Positions 32,741 through 41,616 of a DNA stretch of 64,000 bases are shown here, in pieces. Below the pieces are notes generated by a model. That model was not told the DNA's origin. It ran no database searches and saw nothing but the letters and a program-made list of their open reading frames with translations. The position numbers and the translations under genes are program-made. The stretch is from an uncultured Hyphomicrobiales bacterium (GTDB lineage: Bacteria > Pseudomonadota > Alphaproteobacteria > Rhizobiales > Beijerinckiaceae): assembly GCA_903847605.1 (NCBI GenBank), contig CAINED010000013.1, positions 313,000-376,999 of the forward strand, read 5' to 3'. The first letter of the stretch is position 1. Each line of letters starts with the position of its first letter.

Positions 32741-33994
32741 TCACGACGTGATGCGAATGCCGTCGATGGTTTCGAGAATCTTCTGGAATGCCGGCTGAAG
32801 CTGCGAGGCGTCGTTCACGTCATAGAACATCGCCGGTGTGGTCGCGCAATTGCGCAGCAGCGTCGCATTTCCGGCGATGACGCGGATCGTGAATATCGTG
32901 ACATTGCCCGAGCGCGCCTGCGTGCAGGCTGCCGAAAGGCGTGCGTTGATCTGGCCGGAATTATTGGTCCAGCGGTTCATCGTGTTGTCGCCGTCGGTCA
33001 GCAGGATCAGAAATTTTTGCACGTTCGAGGCGTTGGACGATGTTGTGCCGAAGGGCGAATCCGAACGCAGCGTGGCAAGCCCCGTCGAGAGGCCGATGGT
33101 GACATTGGTATTGCCTGTCGGGTTCATGGAATTGGCGCGCGCGCGCACCGCTTCGAGATTCGTCGTCAGCGAAATCATTTCGGCGAGGCCGGAATAATGA
33201 CATTGGGAAGCAACGTAGCGGCGGAAGTGATCCGTCGGCGCTTCGCTCGACACGTCATAGGGCTGGTCGCGGTCGCTGATACAGCCCTGCCATGCAGCCT
33301 GCGAGGGCGGCTGACGCCCGGACCAGCCGAAAGCATTGTTCTCCAGCGTCACGTCCCAGCGCAGCCAGCCGGCGTTGAAATTTGTCGGGCTCACGCGCAC
33401 TTCGGTGTTGAACGGGATGATGGACATTTTCACGTCGTCGCTTTCGACGACCTTCGCCTGCAATTTGGTGATGAGATCGTTCACTGCTGCCTTGAGCGCC
33501 GGCATCTTGCCGAGCTGGCCCATCGAGCCAGTATTGTCTAGGACGAGCGCGATTTCGAGTTTCTTGCGCTCATTGCGCGCTTCGCTGACAGCGCGAACGG
33601 GGATGTAGTCATATCCGGCGAGGGCCATGACCGCGGTCGGCAACCGCGAAGTCGCTTCCAGCCGCAACACGGGGCCGTTCTGGGTGACTGTGACCGAAGG
33701 GTTTTCGACGCCGCCTACCGATGTAAAGGACGCCGCGAAATAGGCATTCGCCTTGACCTGCAGTTCGGGCAGCGCCACCGTCTTCGGTTCGCGCGCCATG
33801 GCGAGTGCCGTTGCATCGAGCGCGTGCTGGACGCGTTCCTTTTCCGTGATGCCGCGGGTGTAATCGATGGCCGCGCCGGCAAAAAGGACGACTGGCACCA
33901 CCGCAAGCCCGAAAAGCATGGCGACATTGCCGCTGCGGTCGGCTGCGAAACGGCGGATCGAAGAAGAAATGTTCCATTTTGAAACGGAAAACAT
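32741..33994 (-). CDS. TadE/TadG-like N-terminal domain protein with von Willebrand factor A domain
   Basis: The N-terminus RRFAADRSGNVAMLFGLAVVPVVLFAGAAIDYTR is TadE/G-like. The vWA MIDAS-like motif LVLDNTGSM and the later LLTDGDN are present. The ATG at 33992-33994 is preferred over the listed TTG at 34018. Confidence 0.8.
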   Translation of the reverse strand: MFSVSKWNISSSIRRFAADRSGNVAMLFGLAVVPVVLFAGAAIDYTRGITEKERVQHALDATALAMAREPKTVALPELQVKANAYFAASFTSVGGVENPSVTVTQNGPVLRLEATSRLPTAVMALAGYDYIPVRAVSEARNERKKLEIALVLDNTGSMGQLGKMPALKAAVNDLITKLQAKVVESDDVKMSIIPFNTEVRVSPTNFNAGWLRWDVTLENNAFGWSGRQPPSQAAWQGCISDRDQPYDVSSEAPTDHFRRYVASQCHYSGLAEMISLTTNLEAVRARANSMNPTGNTNVTIGLSTGLATLRSDSPFGTTSSNASNVQKFLILLTDGDNTMNRWTNNSGQINARLSAACTQARSGNVTIFTIRVIAGNATLLRNCATTPAMFYDVNDASQLQPAFQKILETIDGIRITS

Positions 33995-34238
33995 GGCGGC
34001 ACCTCCAGGTGCTGCCAAAGCTTCAAAAGCCGCGCCGCATTTGCGCGCATTTTGTTAACGGGTTGTTAGCCATGCCGCCCGCGCAATTCCGGCTTAAATC
34101 GTCGTCGTCGACCAAAAGTTGACGAGATGTGAATGGGGCTCGTGGACAACCCGTGCCAAATCGGCACGCCCTCATGCTTGTTGCGTTGCGTTCCCAGGGC
34201 CGGGCAGATAAGCGAAAGCCAGAATTTCCGCCCCGGAC

Positions 34239-36458
34239 ATGCTCATGGCCTTTCCCCGAAACGAACCCGAAATCACGCCGGCGCTGGTCGCGGAACATGG
34301 CCTCAAGCCCGACGAATATCAGCGTGTCCTCGACCTGATCGGGCGCGAGCCGACCTTCACCGAACTCGGCATATTCTCGGCGATGTGGAACGAGCACTGC
34401 TCGTACAAATCCTCGCGGCTGCATCTGCGCACGCTGCCGACCAAGGCGCCCTGGGTCATCCAGGGGCCCGGCGAGAATGCGGGCGTCATCGACATCGGCG
34501 ACGGTCTCGCCTGCGTCTTCAAGATGGAGAGCCACAACCACCCGTCCTTCATCGAGCCCTATCAGGGCGCGACGACCGGTGTTGGCGGCATCCTGCGCGA
34601 TGTTTTCACCATGGGCGCGCGACCCATCGCCTGCCTGAACCTGCTGCGATTCGGCTCGCCCGATCATCCCCGCACGCGACATCTCGTTGGCGGGGTCGTG
34701 GCAGGCATTGGCGGCTATGGCAATTCCTTCGGCGTGCCGACGGTCGGCGGTTCGGTGAATTTCCACACGTGCTACGACGGAAATATCCTCGTCAACGCGA
34801 TGGCGGTCGGCATCGCCCGCACCGACGAGATCTGGTACGCCGCGGCGGCGGGCGTCGGCCGGCCCATCGTCTATCTCGGCTCCAAGACCGGGCGCGACGG
34901 CATCCATGGCGCGACCATGGCGTCTGCCGAATTCGACGAGAAGAGCGAGGAAAAGCGCCCCACGGTTCAGGTGGGCGATCCCTTCTCCGAAAAGCTGCTG
35001 CTCGAGGCCTGCCTCGAAATCATGGCCAAGGGCTGCGTCATCGCCATTCAGGACATGGGCGCTGCCGGCCTTACCTGTTCCGCCGTCGAAATGGGAGCGA
35101 AGGGCAATCTCGGCATCGAGCTCGATCTCGACAAGGTGCCATGCCGCGAAGAGGGCATGACGGCCTATGAGATGATGCTGTCGGAAAGCCAGGAGCGCAT
35201 GCTCATGGTGCTCGATCCCGCGCGCGAGGAAGAGGCCGAGGCCATTTTCCGCAAATGGGGTCTCGATTTCGCGATCATCGGCAAGACGACGGATAAATTG
35301 CGTTTCGTCGTGAAGCACGGCGGCGAGGTGAAGGCCGATCTGCCGATCAAGGAGCTTGGCGACGAAGCGCCGCTCTACGACCGGCCGCATGTGCCGACGG
35401 CGAAGAAACCCGCAATCGACGGCGGTTCCGTGCAGCCGCCGCTGTCGAATCGCGACGCGTTGCTCAAACTGCTGGCGTCGCCGGACCAGTGCTCGAAGCG
35501 CTGGGTGTGGGAGCAATACGACCATCTCATTCTCGGCAATACCGTGCAGGCGCCGGGGGGCGACGCGGCCATCGTGCGCGTCGAGGACGGGCCAAAAGGG
35601 TTGGCCCTGACGACCGACGTGACACAGCGCTATTGCGAGGCCGATCCGGTCGAGGGTGGCAAGCAGGCCGTTGCCGAGGCTTGGCGCAACATCACCGCGA
35701 CGGGCGCATCGCCGCTGGCGCTGACGGACAATCTCAATTTCGGAAACCCCGAAAGACCCGAAATTATGGGCCAGTTCGTTGGCTGCATCCAGGGCATCGG
35801 CGAAGCTGCGCGCGCGCTCGATTTCCCGATCGTGTCCGGCAATGTAAGCCTCTACAACGAGACCCAGGGCCGGGGCATCTTGCCAACGCCCTCCATCGGC
35901 GGCGTCGGTGTCATCGCCGACGTGGCCAAGGCCGTCGGCATAGGCCTGCGCAAGGACGGCGAAGCGCTGGTGTTGATCGGCGCCACGCAGGGCTGGCTCG
36001 GGCAGTCGATCTATCTGCGCGATGTCTGCGGCCGTGAAGAAGGCGCGCCACCCCCGGTCGATCTTGCTGCCGAGCGCCGCAATGGCGATTTCGTCCGCAA
36101 ACTCATTGGCGAGGGGGTGGTATCCGCCTGCCACGACCTCTCGGACGGCGGTCTCGCTCTGGCGGTGGCGGAAATGGTTCTTGCGGCTGGTGTTGGCGCG
36201 ACTGTTAGCGCGCTTCCGGCCAGCCCAGCCCACGCGACGCTTTTCGGCGAGGATCAGGCCCGTTACCTGATCAGCGTTCCCGCAGCGTCGCTGGGCTCGC
36301 TCGAAACGACGGCGAAGGCGGCTGGCGTACCCTTCATGCAAATCGGCACGACCGGCGGTAATTCGTTGAATCTGCCGGGAGAAGCGCCCATGTCTTTGCA
36401 GGACTTGCGCAAGGCCCATGAAGACTGGTTACCTGCTTATATGGGCGGTCATACCTGA
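34239..36458 (+). CDS. purL: phosphoribosylformylglycinamidine synthase subunit PurL
   Basis: 739 aa with [14 protein letters not shown] and KMESHNHPS motifs. Confidence 0.97.
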   Translation: MLMAFPRNEPEITPALVAEHGLKPDEYQRVLDLIGREPTFTELGIFSAMWNEHCSYKSSRLHLRTLPTKAPWVIQGPGENAGVIDIGDGLACVFKMESHNHPSFIEPYQGATTGVGGILRDVFTMGARPIACLNLLRFGSPDHPRTRHLVGGVVAGIGGYGNSFGVPTVGGSVNFHTCYDGNILVNAMAVGIARTDEIWYAAAAGVGRPIVYLGSKTGRDGIHGATMASAEFDEKSEEKRPTVQVGDPFSEKLLLEACLEIMAKGCVIAIQDMGAAGLTCSAVEMGAKGNLGIELDLDKVPCREEGMTAYEMMLSESQERMLMVLDPAREEEAEAIFRKWGLDFAIIGKTTDKLRFVVKHGGEVKADLPIKELGDEAPLYDRPHVPTAKKPAIDGGSVQPPLSNRDALLKLLASPDQCSKRWVWEQYDHLILGNTVQAPGGDAAIVRVEDGPKGLALTTDVTQRYCEADPVEGGKQAVAEAWRNITATGASPLALTDNLNFGNPERPEIMGQFVGCIQGIGEAARALDFPIVSGNVSLYNETQGRGILPTPSIGGVGVIADVAKAVGIGLRKDGEALVLIGATQGWLGQSIYLRDVCGREEGAPPPVDLAAERRNGDFVRKLIGEGVVSACHDLSDGGLALAVAEMVLAAGVGATVSALPASPAHATLFGEDQARYLISVPAASLGSLETTAKAAGVPFMQIGTTGGNSLNLPGEAPMSLQDLRKAHEDWLPAYMGGHT

Positions 36459-36482
36459 CGGACTGCGGCGCGGAGAATTCAC

Positions 36483-36716
36483 ATGGCGATGGATGCGGCG
36501 GAAATCGAACGGCTGATCAAGGCGGCGCTGCCGGATGCGAAGATCGAGGTGCGCGATCTCGCGGGCGATGGCGATCATTACGCCGCGACGGTCATTTCCT
36601 CGGCCTTCAAGGGCAAGACCCGCGTGCAACAGCATCAGCTCGTCTATGCCGCCTTCAAGGGCGAGATGGGCGGAAAACTGCACGCGCTGGCGTTGCAAAC
36701 GTCCGCGCCGGAATAG
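36483..36716 (+). CDS. BolA family protein
   Basis: 77 aa. The pattern ..[21 protein letters not shown].. is BolA/IbaG-like. It lies immediately upstream of a monothiol glutaredoxin. Confidence 0.85.
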   Translation: MAMDAAEIERLIKAALPDAKIEVRDLAGDGDHYAATVISSAFKGKTRVQQHQLVYAAFKGEMGGKLHALALQTSAPE

Positions 36717-36787
36717 CAAAATCGTCCAAAAGGCCCTACATTGGCGATCAGGACGGAGCCTTGACCTCCGTTTCGAAAGGACAGTCC

Positions 36788-37129
36788 ATGAGCGAGATTC
36801 AGCAGCAGATCGATCAGGCGGTGAAGGCTAACGACGTCGTGCTTTTCATGAAGGGCACGCCGCAGATGCCGCAGTGCGGCTTTTCCAGCCAGGTCATCCA
36901 GATCCTCGATTACATCGGCGTCGAGTACAAGAGCGTGAACGTGCTCGCCAACGAGGAAGTCCGTCAGGGCATCAAGGAATATTCCAACTGGCCGACGATT
37001 CCGCAGCTCTACGTGAAGGGCGAATTTTTGGGCGGCTGCGACATCATCCGCGAGATGTTCCAGGCGGGCGAATTGTCCGACCACTTCGCACAGGCTGGCA
37101 TCAAGATTTCGCAGCCGACCCAGAGCTGA
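36788..37129 (+). CDS. grxD: Grx4-family monothiol glutaredoxin
   Basis: CGFS active site (PQCGFS) and [19 protein letters not shown]. The internal ATG at 36788 is preferred. Confidence 0.93.
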   Translation: MSEIQQQIDQAVKANDVVLFMKGTPQMPQCGFSSQVIQILDYIGVEYKSVNVLANEEVRQGIKEYSNWPTIPQLYVKGEFLGGCDIIREMFQAGELSDHFAQAGIKISQPTQS

Positions 37130-37131
37130 TC

Positions 37132-37449
37132 TTAGAGGCGGCGTTTCAGCGCCGCTTCAAGTGCATCGGGGTCCCCTGAGATTCTGAACCTCTTTGCGCG
37201 GCTTTTGCCACCGACTTCCAGCGCAATGCTGGAGCGCGGAACATCAAGCCATTCCGCCAGCGTTTCGATGGCGGCGGCATTGGCCTTCCCGTTTTCCGGA
37301 ATGGCGCGTACCCGCAGCTTGATCGCCTTCGAACCATCGGATTGCGTGGCAACGCCCTCGACGGCGTTGCGCGCGGATTTCGGCGTCAGGTGAACGGCGA
37401 GGCGCAGGCCTTTCTCGATTCTCGTCCAGGCGGCGGTTTCGCCGACCAA
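37132..37449 (-). CDS. DUF167 (YggU-like) protein
   Basis: 105 aa. The LRVRAIPENGKANAA..L...L motif is typical of YggU. It lies downstream of yggT. Confidence 0.8.
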   Translation of the reverse strand: MVGETAAWTRIEKGLRLAVHLTPKSARNAVEGVATQSDGSKAIKLRVRAIPENGKANAAAIETLAEWLDVPRSSIALEVGGKSRAKRFRISGDPDALEAALKRRL

Positions 37450-37451
37450 GG

Positions 37452-37748
37452 TCAGAGACCCCGCGCGGCCGGATAGATGTAATAGACGATGATGCGCTCG
37501 AGCAGGAAAATGCCGAGCAGCAGGATGACAGGCGAAATATCGACAGCGCCGAGGTTCGGCATGATGCGCCGGATCGGCCGCAGCAGCGGCTCCGTCAGCG
37601 CATTAACCGCGTTCCAGACCGCCCGCACGAACTGGTTGCTGTAATTCAGGACATTGAAGGCCAGCATCCACGACAGAACCGCGGAGATGATGATCACCCA
37701 CGTGTAGAGCTGAAGGATCAGCAGAACCAGATCCAGAATCGCGCGCAT
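37452..37748 (-). CDS. yggT: YggT family membrane protein
   Basis: 98 aa with hydrophobic helices and the PIRRIMPNLGAVDISP motif. Confidence 0.8.
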   Translation of the reverse strand: MRAILDLVLLILQLYTWVIIISAVLSWMLAFNVLNYSNQFVRAVWNAVNALTEPLLRPIRRIMPNLGAVDISPVILLLGIFLLERIIVYYIYPAARGL

Positions 37749-37849
37749 CGGAAACCCGTGTTTTGGGACGGCCTTTCGTAGCCGCGCCGGGCAGGCGCCG
37801 CAAGCCCGTTTGGGGGCATCGAAAAACCCCGGGGCGCACCACGGAAAGA

Positions 37850-37878
37850 TTGACAGCGCGGGGGGCGGCCATTAAATC
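37850..37878 (+). promoter_or_regulatory. candidate sigma-70 promoter for tRNA-Ala
   Basis: TTGACA (37850-37855), a 17-nt spacer, then TAAATC (37873-37878). It ends 23 nt upstream of the mature tRNA 5' end. Confidence 0.4.
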
Positions 37879-37901
37879 ACCGGCTCCCGCACGGGTGGTA
37901 C

Positions 37902-37977
37902 GGGGCTGTAGCTCAGTTGGGAGAGCGCGTCGTTCGCAATGACGAGGCCAGCGGTTCGATCCCGCTCAGCTCCACCA
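37902..37977 (+). tRNA. tRNA-Ala (anticodon CGC)
   Basis: A 76-nt cloverleaf folded by hand. The acceptor stem GGGGCTG/CAGCTCC includes the G3:U70 alanine identity pair. The anticodon loop is TTCGCAA, the T-loop is TTCGATC, and the 3' CCA is encoded. Confidence 0.93.
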
Positions 37978-38058
37978 AATCTCCGGTATCGTCGGCTTCA
38001 CTGGTTTGAGTGTTGCGTTGCTGCGTCAGCCGGATAACGTGCTGGCAGGAGGGCGCTC

Positions 38059-39081
38059 ATGCGTGAACGTTTCGTCGCAGCTTGTTTTGCCTTGGCGCTG
38101 CTTTCGCTTCCGGCCGCCGGTGCGGATTTCACTCTGAAGGGTAAGACCGTAACCATCTACATCGCCGGGGGCGCGGGCGGTGGCGTGGATGCCTATGCGC
38201 GGACATTTGCGCCGTATCTTGCAAGATATCTCCCCGGCGAACCCACCATCATTTCGGCAAACATGCCGGGCGGCGGCGGTGCCCAGGCGGTGCAATACCT
38301 TTATAATATCGCGCCCAGAGACGGTACGGCGATCGGGACTACGAATGCAGGTCCCGTGAGCGAACCGCAGCTCGGCGGCATGAAGGCCAATTACGATATC
38401 GGCAAGTTCCGGTGGGTCGGCAGCCTGGCAAAGGGAAATACAGTTTGCGCGGCGTGGCATACGACGTCTTTCAAAACGATCGAAGACGTGAGAGCCCGGG
38501 AGATGATCATCGCCTCGACCGGTGCAACTTCTGCGCCGGCGCGAACGGCATGGCTGATGAACACTGTGATCGGCACCAAAATGAAGCCGGTTTCCGGCTA
38601 TACGGGCGGCACCGCATTGCTCGCGATCGAACGCGGCGAAGTGGACGGAACTTGCACGACTTTGAACTCGTTGCTCAGTACGCGACCGCAATGGATACGC
38701 GATGGGCAATTGCGTCTGCTTTTCTTTGTCGCGATGAAGCAGGACAAGGGTTATGAGCAAGTGCCTCTCGCCCTGAACGAAATCAAGTCTGCAGATGACA
38801 GGCTTGCTCTCGAATTTTATCTGCTGCCCTATGAATTCAACAATCCTCTCATACTGCCGCCGGATGTATCGGACGACATCCTGAATGCCTATCGGCAGGC
38901 GTTCGAGCGCGCCGTAGCGGATCGGGAGTATCTGATCGAGGCAGAAAAGCGCGGCCAGCCAGTAGGTGCGGAGAGCGGCCGGCGCGTTAGCGAGTATGTA
39001 GAGAGAATGCTGACGATGCCGCAATCCATTATCGACCGCACGAAGTCTGCAATCGATCCCGTCAAGGGCGAGAGAAGATAG
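38059..39081 (+). CDS. TctC/Bug-family periplasmic solute-binding protein (orphan)
   Basis: 340 aa. Signal peptide (MRERFVAACFALALLSLPAAGA). GGAGGGVDAYAR and NMPGGGGAQA resemble the Bug-family glycine-rich motifs. An AGGAGGG Shine-Dalgarno is present. No tctA or tctB lies nearby. Confidence 0.6.
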   Translation: MRERFVAACFALALLSLPAAGADFTLKGKTVTIYIAGGAGGGVDAYARTFAPYLARYLPGEPTIISANMPGGGGAQAVQYLYNIAPRDGTAIGTTNAGPVSEPQLGGMKANYDIGKFRWVGSLAKGNTVCAAWHTTSFKTIEDVRAREMIIASTGATSAPARTAWLMNTVIGTKMKPVSGYTGGTALLAIERGEVDGTCTTLNSLLSTRPQWIRDGQLRLLFFVAMKQDKGYEQVPLALNEIKSADDRLALEFYLLPYEFNNPLILPPDVSDDILNAYRQAFERAVADREYLIEAEKRGQPVGAESGRRVSEYVERMLTMPQSIIDRTKSAIDPVKGERR

Positions 39082-39088
39082 CCTTCAC

Positions 39089-39203
39089 TCAGATCAGCGT
39101 GCGATTAAATGGAATCATTTAATCGCACATAAGCTGATCGATCCTATGTTGTAGAGCATCGAATTCGCGAAAAATCGGGTCCACTTTTTCGCACTATGCG
39201 CTA
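39089..39203 (-). repeat. MITE/RIME-like two-hairpin intergenic repeat, inverted copy
   Basis: The reverse complement of 39092-39201 aligns without gaps to 58255-58364 at 89/110 positions (hand alignment). It contains GATCAGC..GCGATTAAATG-GAAT-CATTTAATCGC..GCTGATC and GCGAAAAA..TTTTTCGC hairpins. One end overlaps the TAG stop at 39201-39203. Confidence 0.75.
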
Positions 39204-40433
39204 CGCGTAGGGTGTGTGCTGCGTGCGGCCGCTCGACTCGACGAAGACGCGTTCCGACACGAATGGCTTGCCATCGATCCGGTCGAGCAGCCAGTCCGCG
39301 ATCATGGTGACTTTTTCCTCGCCGTTGGCGACACTGGGCGCATCCCCGACGCCATGGTTGGCGCCTTCGAAAACGACTAATTTTTTCGGCGCCGCGATCA
39401 GGGTGAAAAGATGTTCCGTATGTTCGATCGGCGAGAGCTGATCGGCCTCGCCGGCGACGACCAGGTAGGGACAGGCGATATTTGGCGCAATCGGTCGCAG
39501 ATCGATGCGCTTGGCGAACTGATCGAATGCCGCTTCATCTTCGTAACCGGACATGAACATGAAACGCATCTTGAAAGTCGGCGAAGCCGCATTGAAGATC
39601 GTATCGCATCCCGGCTCCTGACAGACCCCTGTTGCAGCAAATCCCTTGATGCGAGCGCCGAGAGCGGCTGCAAATACGGTTCCAAAATAGCTACCAAAAC
39701 TGGTGCCCCGCACCACCACGCGGTCCAGATCGATGTCGCGGCGCGAAAGCAGCCACTCCCAGGTCGCCTCGGCGGCGTCGCCAAAATTTGCTTCCGTGAA
39801 GAAGATTCCGCGTGTAACGGCTTCTGCCTGGCCGGGGCCATCGAGCGCCAAGACGGCGAATCCACGGGTTAGAAATCGGTCGCCATAAAGCGAGACCATA
39901 TTTTCTTTGCTGGAATCCATCCCGCCTATGATGATGACCAGCGGGAAGCGCTCTTCCCTTTGCGGGCGATGCGGCAAGTGGAGATAGGCTGGCATGAGCT
40001 TGCCGCCGAATGGAATCTCGACGCGTTCGACGGGATGAGGCGCGAGCGGCATGAAGCGCGCATAACATTCGTTGACGCGATCTTCGTAAAAGCGCAGCGT
40101 CTCGTTGTCTTCGTGAATGGGCCAACAGGCGGTCGACCAAAGCAATGCCGCGGTGAGCCATGCCTCTCGCGCGGCAACGGCGCGCCCTTGTTCGTCGTAG
40201 GCTGCCGCGCGCGCCTCGCGTTTGCGGGCTTGCGCCGCAAATTCGCGATGGATGTCGTCATATTTGCGGATGCGAGCGGCGACAGCACGGAATTCCGCTT
40301 CCGCCTCCGCGCCGATCGGACGCGCTTTCGACGAGATGCGCGCCTGATCCCACTCGATGCCAACGGTGCGGACGACCGCGTCGATTAGCCAGCGTTGTTC
40401 GCGCCAGCGCCGCATACCGGGTCCTGCAGTCAT
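39201..40433 (-). CDS. alpha/beta hydrolase with long helical N-terminal extension
   Basis: 410 aa. Nucleophile elbow VRGTSFGSY (G-x-S-x-G) and PLVIIIGGMDS upstream of it. An N-terminal extension of about 150 aa precedes the fold. A GGGAG Shine-Dalgarno is present. Confidence 0.85.
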   Translation of the reverse strand: MTAGPGMRRWREQRWLIDAVVRTVGIEWDQARISSKARPIGAEAEAEFRAVAARIRKYDDIHREFAAQARKREARAAAYDEQGRAVAAREAWLTAALLWSTACWPIHEDNETLRFYEDRVNECYARFMPLAPHPVERVEIPFGGKLMPAYLHLPHRPQREERFPLVIIIGGMDSSKENMVSLYGDRFLTRGFAVLALDGPGQAEAVTRGIFFTEANFGDAAEATWEWLLSRRDIDLDRVVVRGTSFGSYFGTVFAAALGARIKGFAATGVCQEPGCDTIFNAASPTFKMRFMFMSGYEDEAAFDQFAKRIDLRPIAPNIACPYLVVAGEADQLSPIEHTEHLFTLIAAPKKLVVFEGANHGVGDAPSVANGEEKVTMIADWLLDRIDGKPFVSERVFVESSGRTQHTPYA

Positions 40434-40457
40434 CGCTTGTGGCTCCCATGCAATTCT

Positions 40458-40727
40458 TCAGGCCGCTTCACCGTGCTCCGCCGCGCCGCGCTTGAGCGCG
40501 ACGAGAATCGATAGCGCCAGCTGCTTCGCCGATTCCGCGCTCAATTCGACGGCGATGCGCTGCTGCGCGCCCTCGCGCTCGTTGACGAAGTCGATCCCCA
40601 GCGCGTGGTCGAGCATCGCATGGTACGGGTGATCGAAGAATACATTGGCGGTGTCGACATCGATCCAGCCGGCCTGACCCTTGGCGCTGCCCTTCAGGCG
40701 AACCTTGTCCACGATATAGGAACACAT
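40458..40727 (-). CDS. small conserved-looking hypothetical protein (89 aa)
   Basis: A GGGAGA Shine-Dalgarno overlaps the stop of the upstream gene. The protein is MCSYIVDKVRLKGSAKGQAGW..FFDHPYHAMLDHALGIDF, with no signal peptide or TM segment. It is sandwiched 13 and 25 nt from two hydrolase genes. Confidence 0.6.
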   Translation of the reverse strand: MCSYIVDKVRLKGSAKGQAGWIDVDTANVFFDHPYHAMLDHALGIDFVNEREGAQQRIAVELSAESAKQLALSILVALKRGAAEHGEAA

Positions 40728-40739
40728 GGCGTTTCTCCC

Positions 40740-41501
40740 TCAGACAGTGATGCGCGGGCCGATGTATTTGTCGAGGAAGGCATAGACCTTCCGCCAGCCA
40801 TCGGTCGCCTGTTCGGCGCGATAGGCCGGGCGTTCCGCGGCGAAGAAGCCATGGCCGACGCCATCGTAGCGATGGAATTCGTAGGTTTTGCCGAGCTTCT
40901 TGAGCAGTTCTTCGGTGCGGTTGACCTGATCGGGGCTCGGGCGCTGGTCTTCGTTGCCGAAAATGCCGAGCACCGGCGCCGTCATTTTTTCGGTGAGGTC
41001 GATCGGCGCGACTGGGCGAATCGGCGAGAGATCCTTGGGGTCGTCGACGACGACATTGCCGCCCCAGCAATCGACGATCGCATCGAAGCCAGGCAGGCTA
41101 CAGCCCGCAAGCCATGCGTGACGTCCGCCCGAGCAGAAGCCCATCACCGCGACCTTGCCGTTCGATTCGGGTTGCGCCCGCAAGAATTTCTGGCAGCCAG
41201 CCATGTCGCCGATGAACTGCGAATCCGCCACGCCGCCGCGCGCTCTTACGCGCGCGCCGACATCATCCGGCGTGCCCGGTCCGTCGCGGAAATAGAGATT
41301 GGGCGCGATGCAGGCGAAGCCGTAATGAGCTAGCTTGCGCGCGGCTTCCTGAATCCAGTCGTCCCAGCCGGGCAGGTGATGGATGAGAATGACGCCGCCC
41401 ATTTTCCTGTCGACGTTCGGGCGCGCGTAATAGGCCTCGCCCTTGTCGCCGTTGTTTCCTTCGAACGAAACAATCCCCGCAGTCATCGGCAAATAGGACA
41501 T
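40740..41501 (-). CDS. dienelactone hydrolase family protein
   Basis: 253 aa. GGVILIHHLPGWDD, the nucleophile region VAVMGFCSGGRHAW (the Cys-containing elbow typical of DLH), and the C-terminal GVGHGF. Confidence 0.85.
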   Translation of the reverse strand: MSYLPMTAGIVSFEGNNGDKGEAYYARPNVDRKMGGVILIHHLPGWDDWIQEAARKLAHYGFACIAPNLYFRDGPGTPDDVGARVRARGGVADSQFIGDMAGCQKFLRAQPESNGKVAVMGFCSGGRHAWLAGCSLPGFDAIVDCWGGNVVVDDPKDLSPIRPVAPIDLTEKMTAPVLGIFGNEDQRPSPDQVNRTEELLKKLGKTYEFHRYDGVGHGFFAAERPAYRAEQATDGWRKVYAFLDKYIGPRITV

Positions 41502-41564
41502 CGATCAACCTCCCCGTTTTCGCGAATAGCCGTGCGGCATTTCTGCCGCAGCGCCGGACAAATG

Positions 41565-41597
41565 AAAAGGGCCGGAAGCGCGAGCAACCGGCCCTTC
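41565..41597 (-). terminator. candidate intrinsic terminator after scoB
   Basis: On the minus strand, AGGGCCGG-12 nt-CCGGCCCT is followed by TTTTCATTTG. It lies about 20 nt downstream of the scoB stop. Confidence 0.6.
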
Positions 41598-41616
41598 AAA
41601 CGATTGTGTGGAGCGA

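Noticed and set aside
34023-36419. 798-aa ORF antisense to purL
   Set aside because: It is a mirror-frame artefact of a high-GC gene. The translation is rich in R, A, G and H with no recognisable domain. The plus-strand product is an unmistakable PurL.
37902-37977. tRNA-Ala as the boundary of a genomic island
   Set aside because: No integrase gene is adjacent, and I found no downstream direct repeat of the tRNA 3' end by eye. The lower G+C of the next gene is noted as a finding but is not enough to call an island.
38026-39024. 332-aa minus-strand ORF opposite the TctC-like gene
   Set aside because: The plus-strand frame has a strong Shine-Dalgarno, a signal peptide and Bug-family-like glycine motifs. 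The minus-frame product is Arg/Cys-rich and featureless.
41511-41535. tccccgttttcgcgaatagc resembling the ccggtttttcgc block of the repeat family
   Set aside because: Only about 12 nt are similar. It overlaps the Shine-Dalgarno and 5' leader of the dienelactone hydrolase gene and lacks the partner arms, so it is probably chance.
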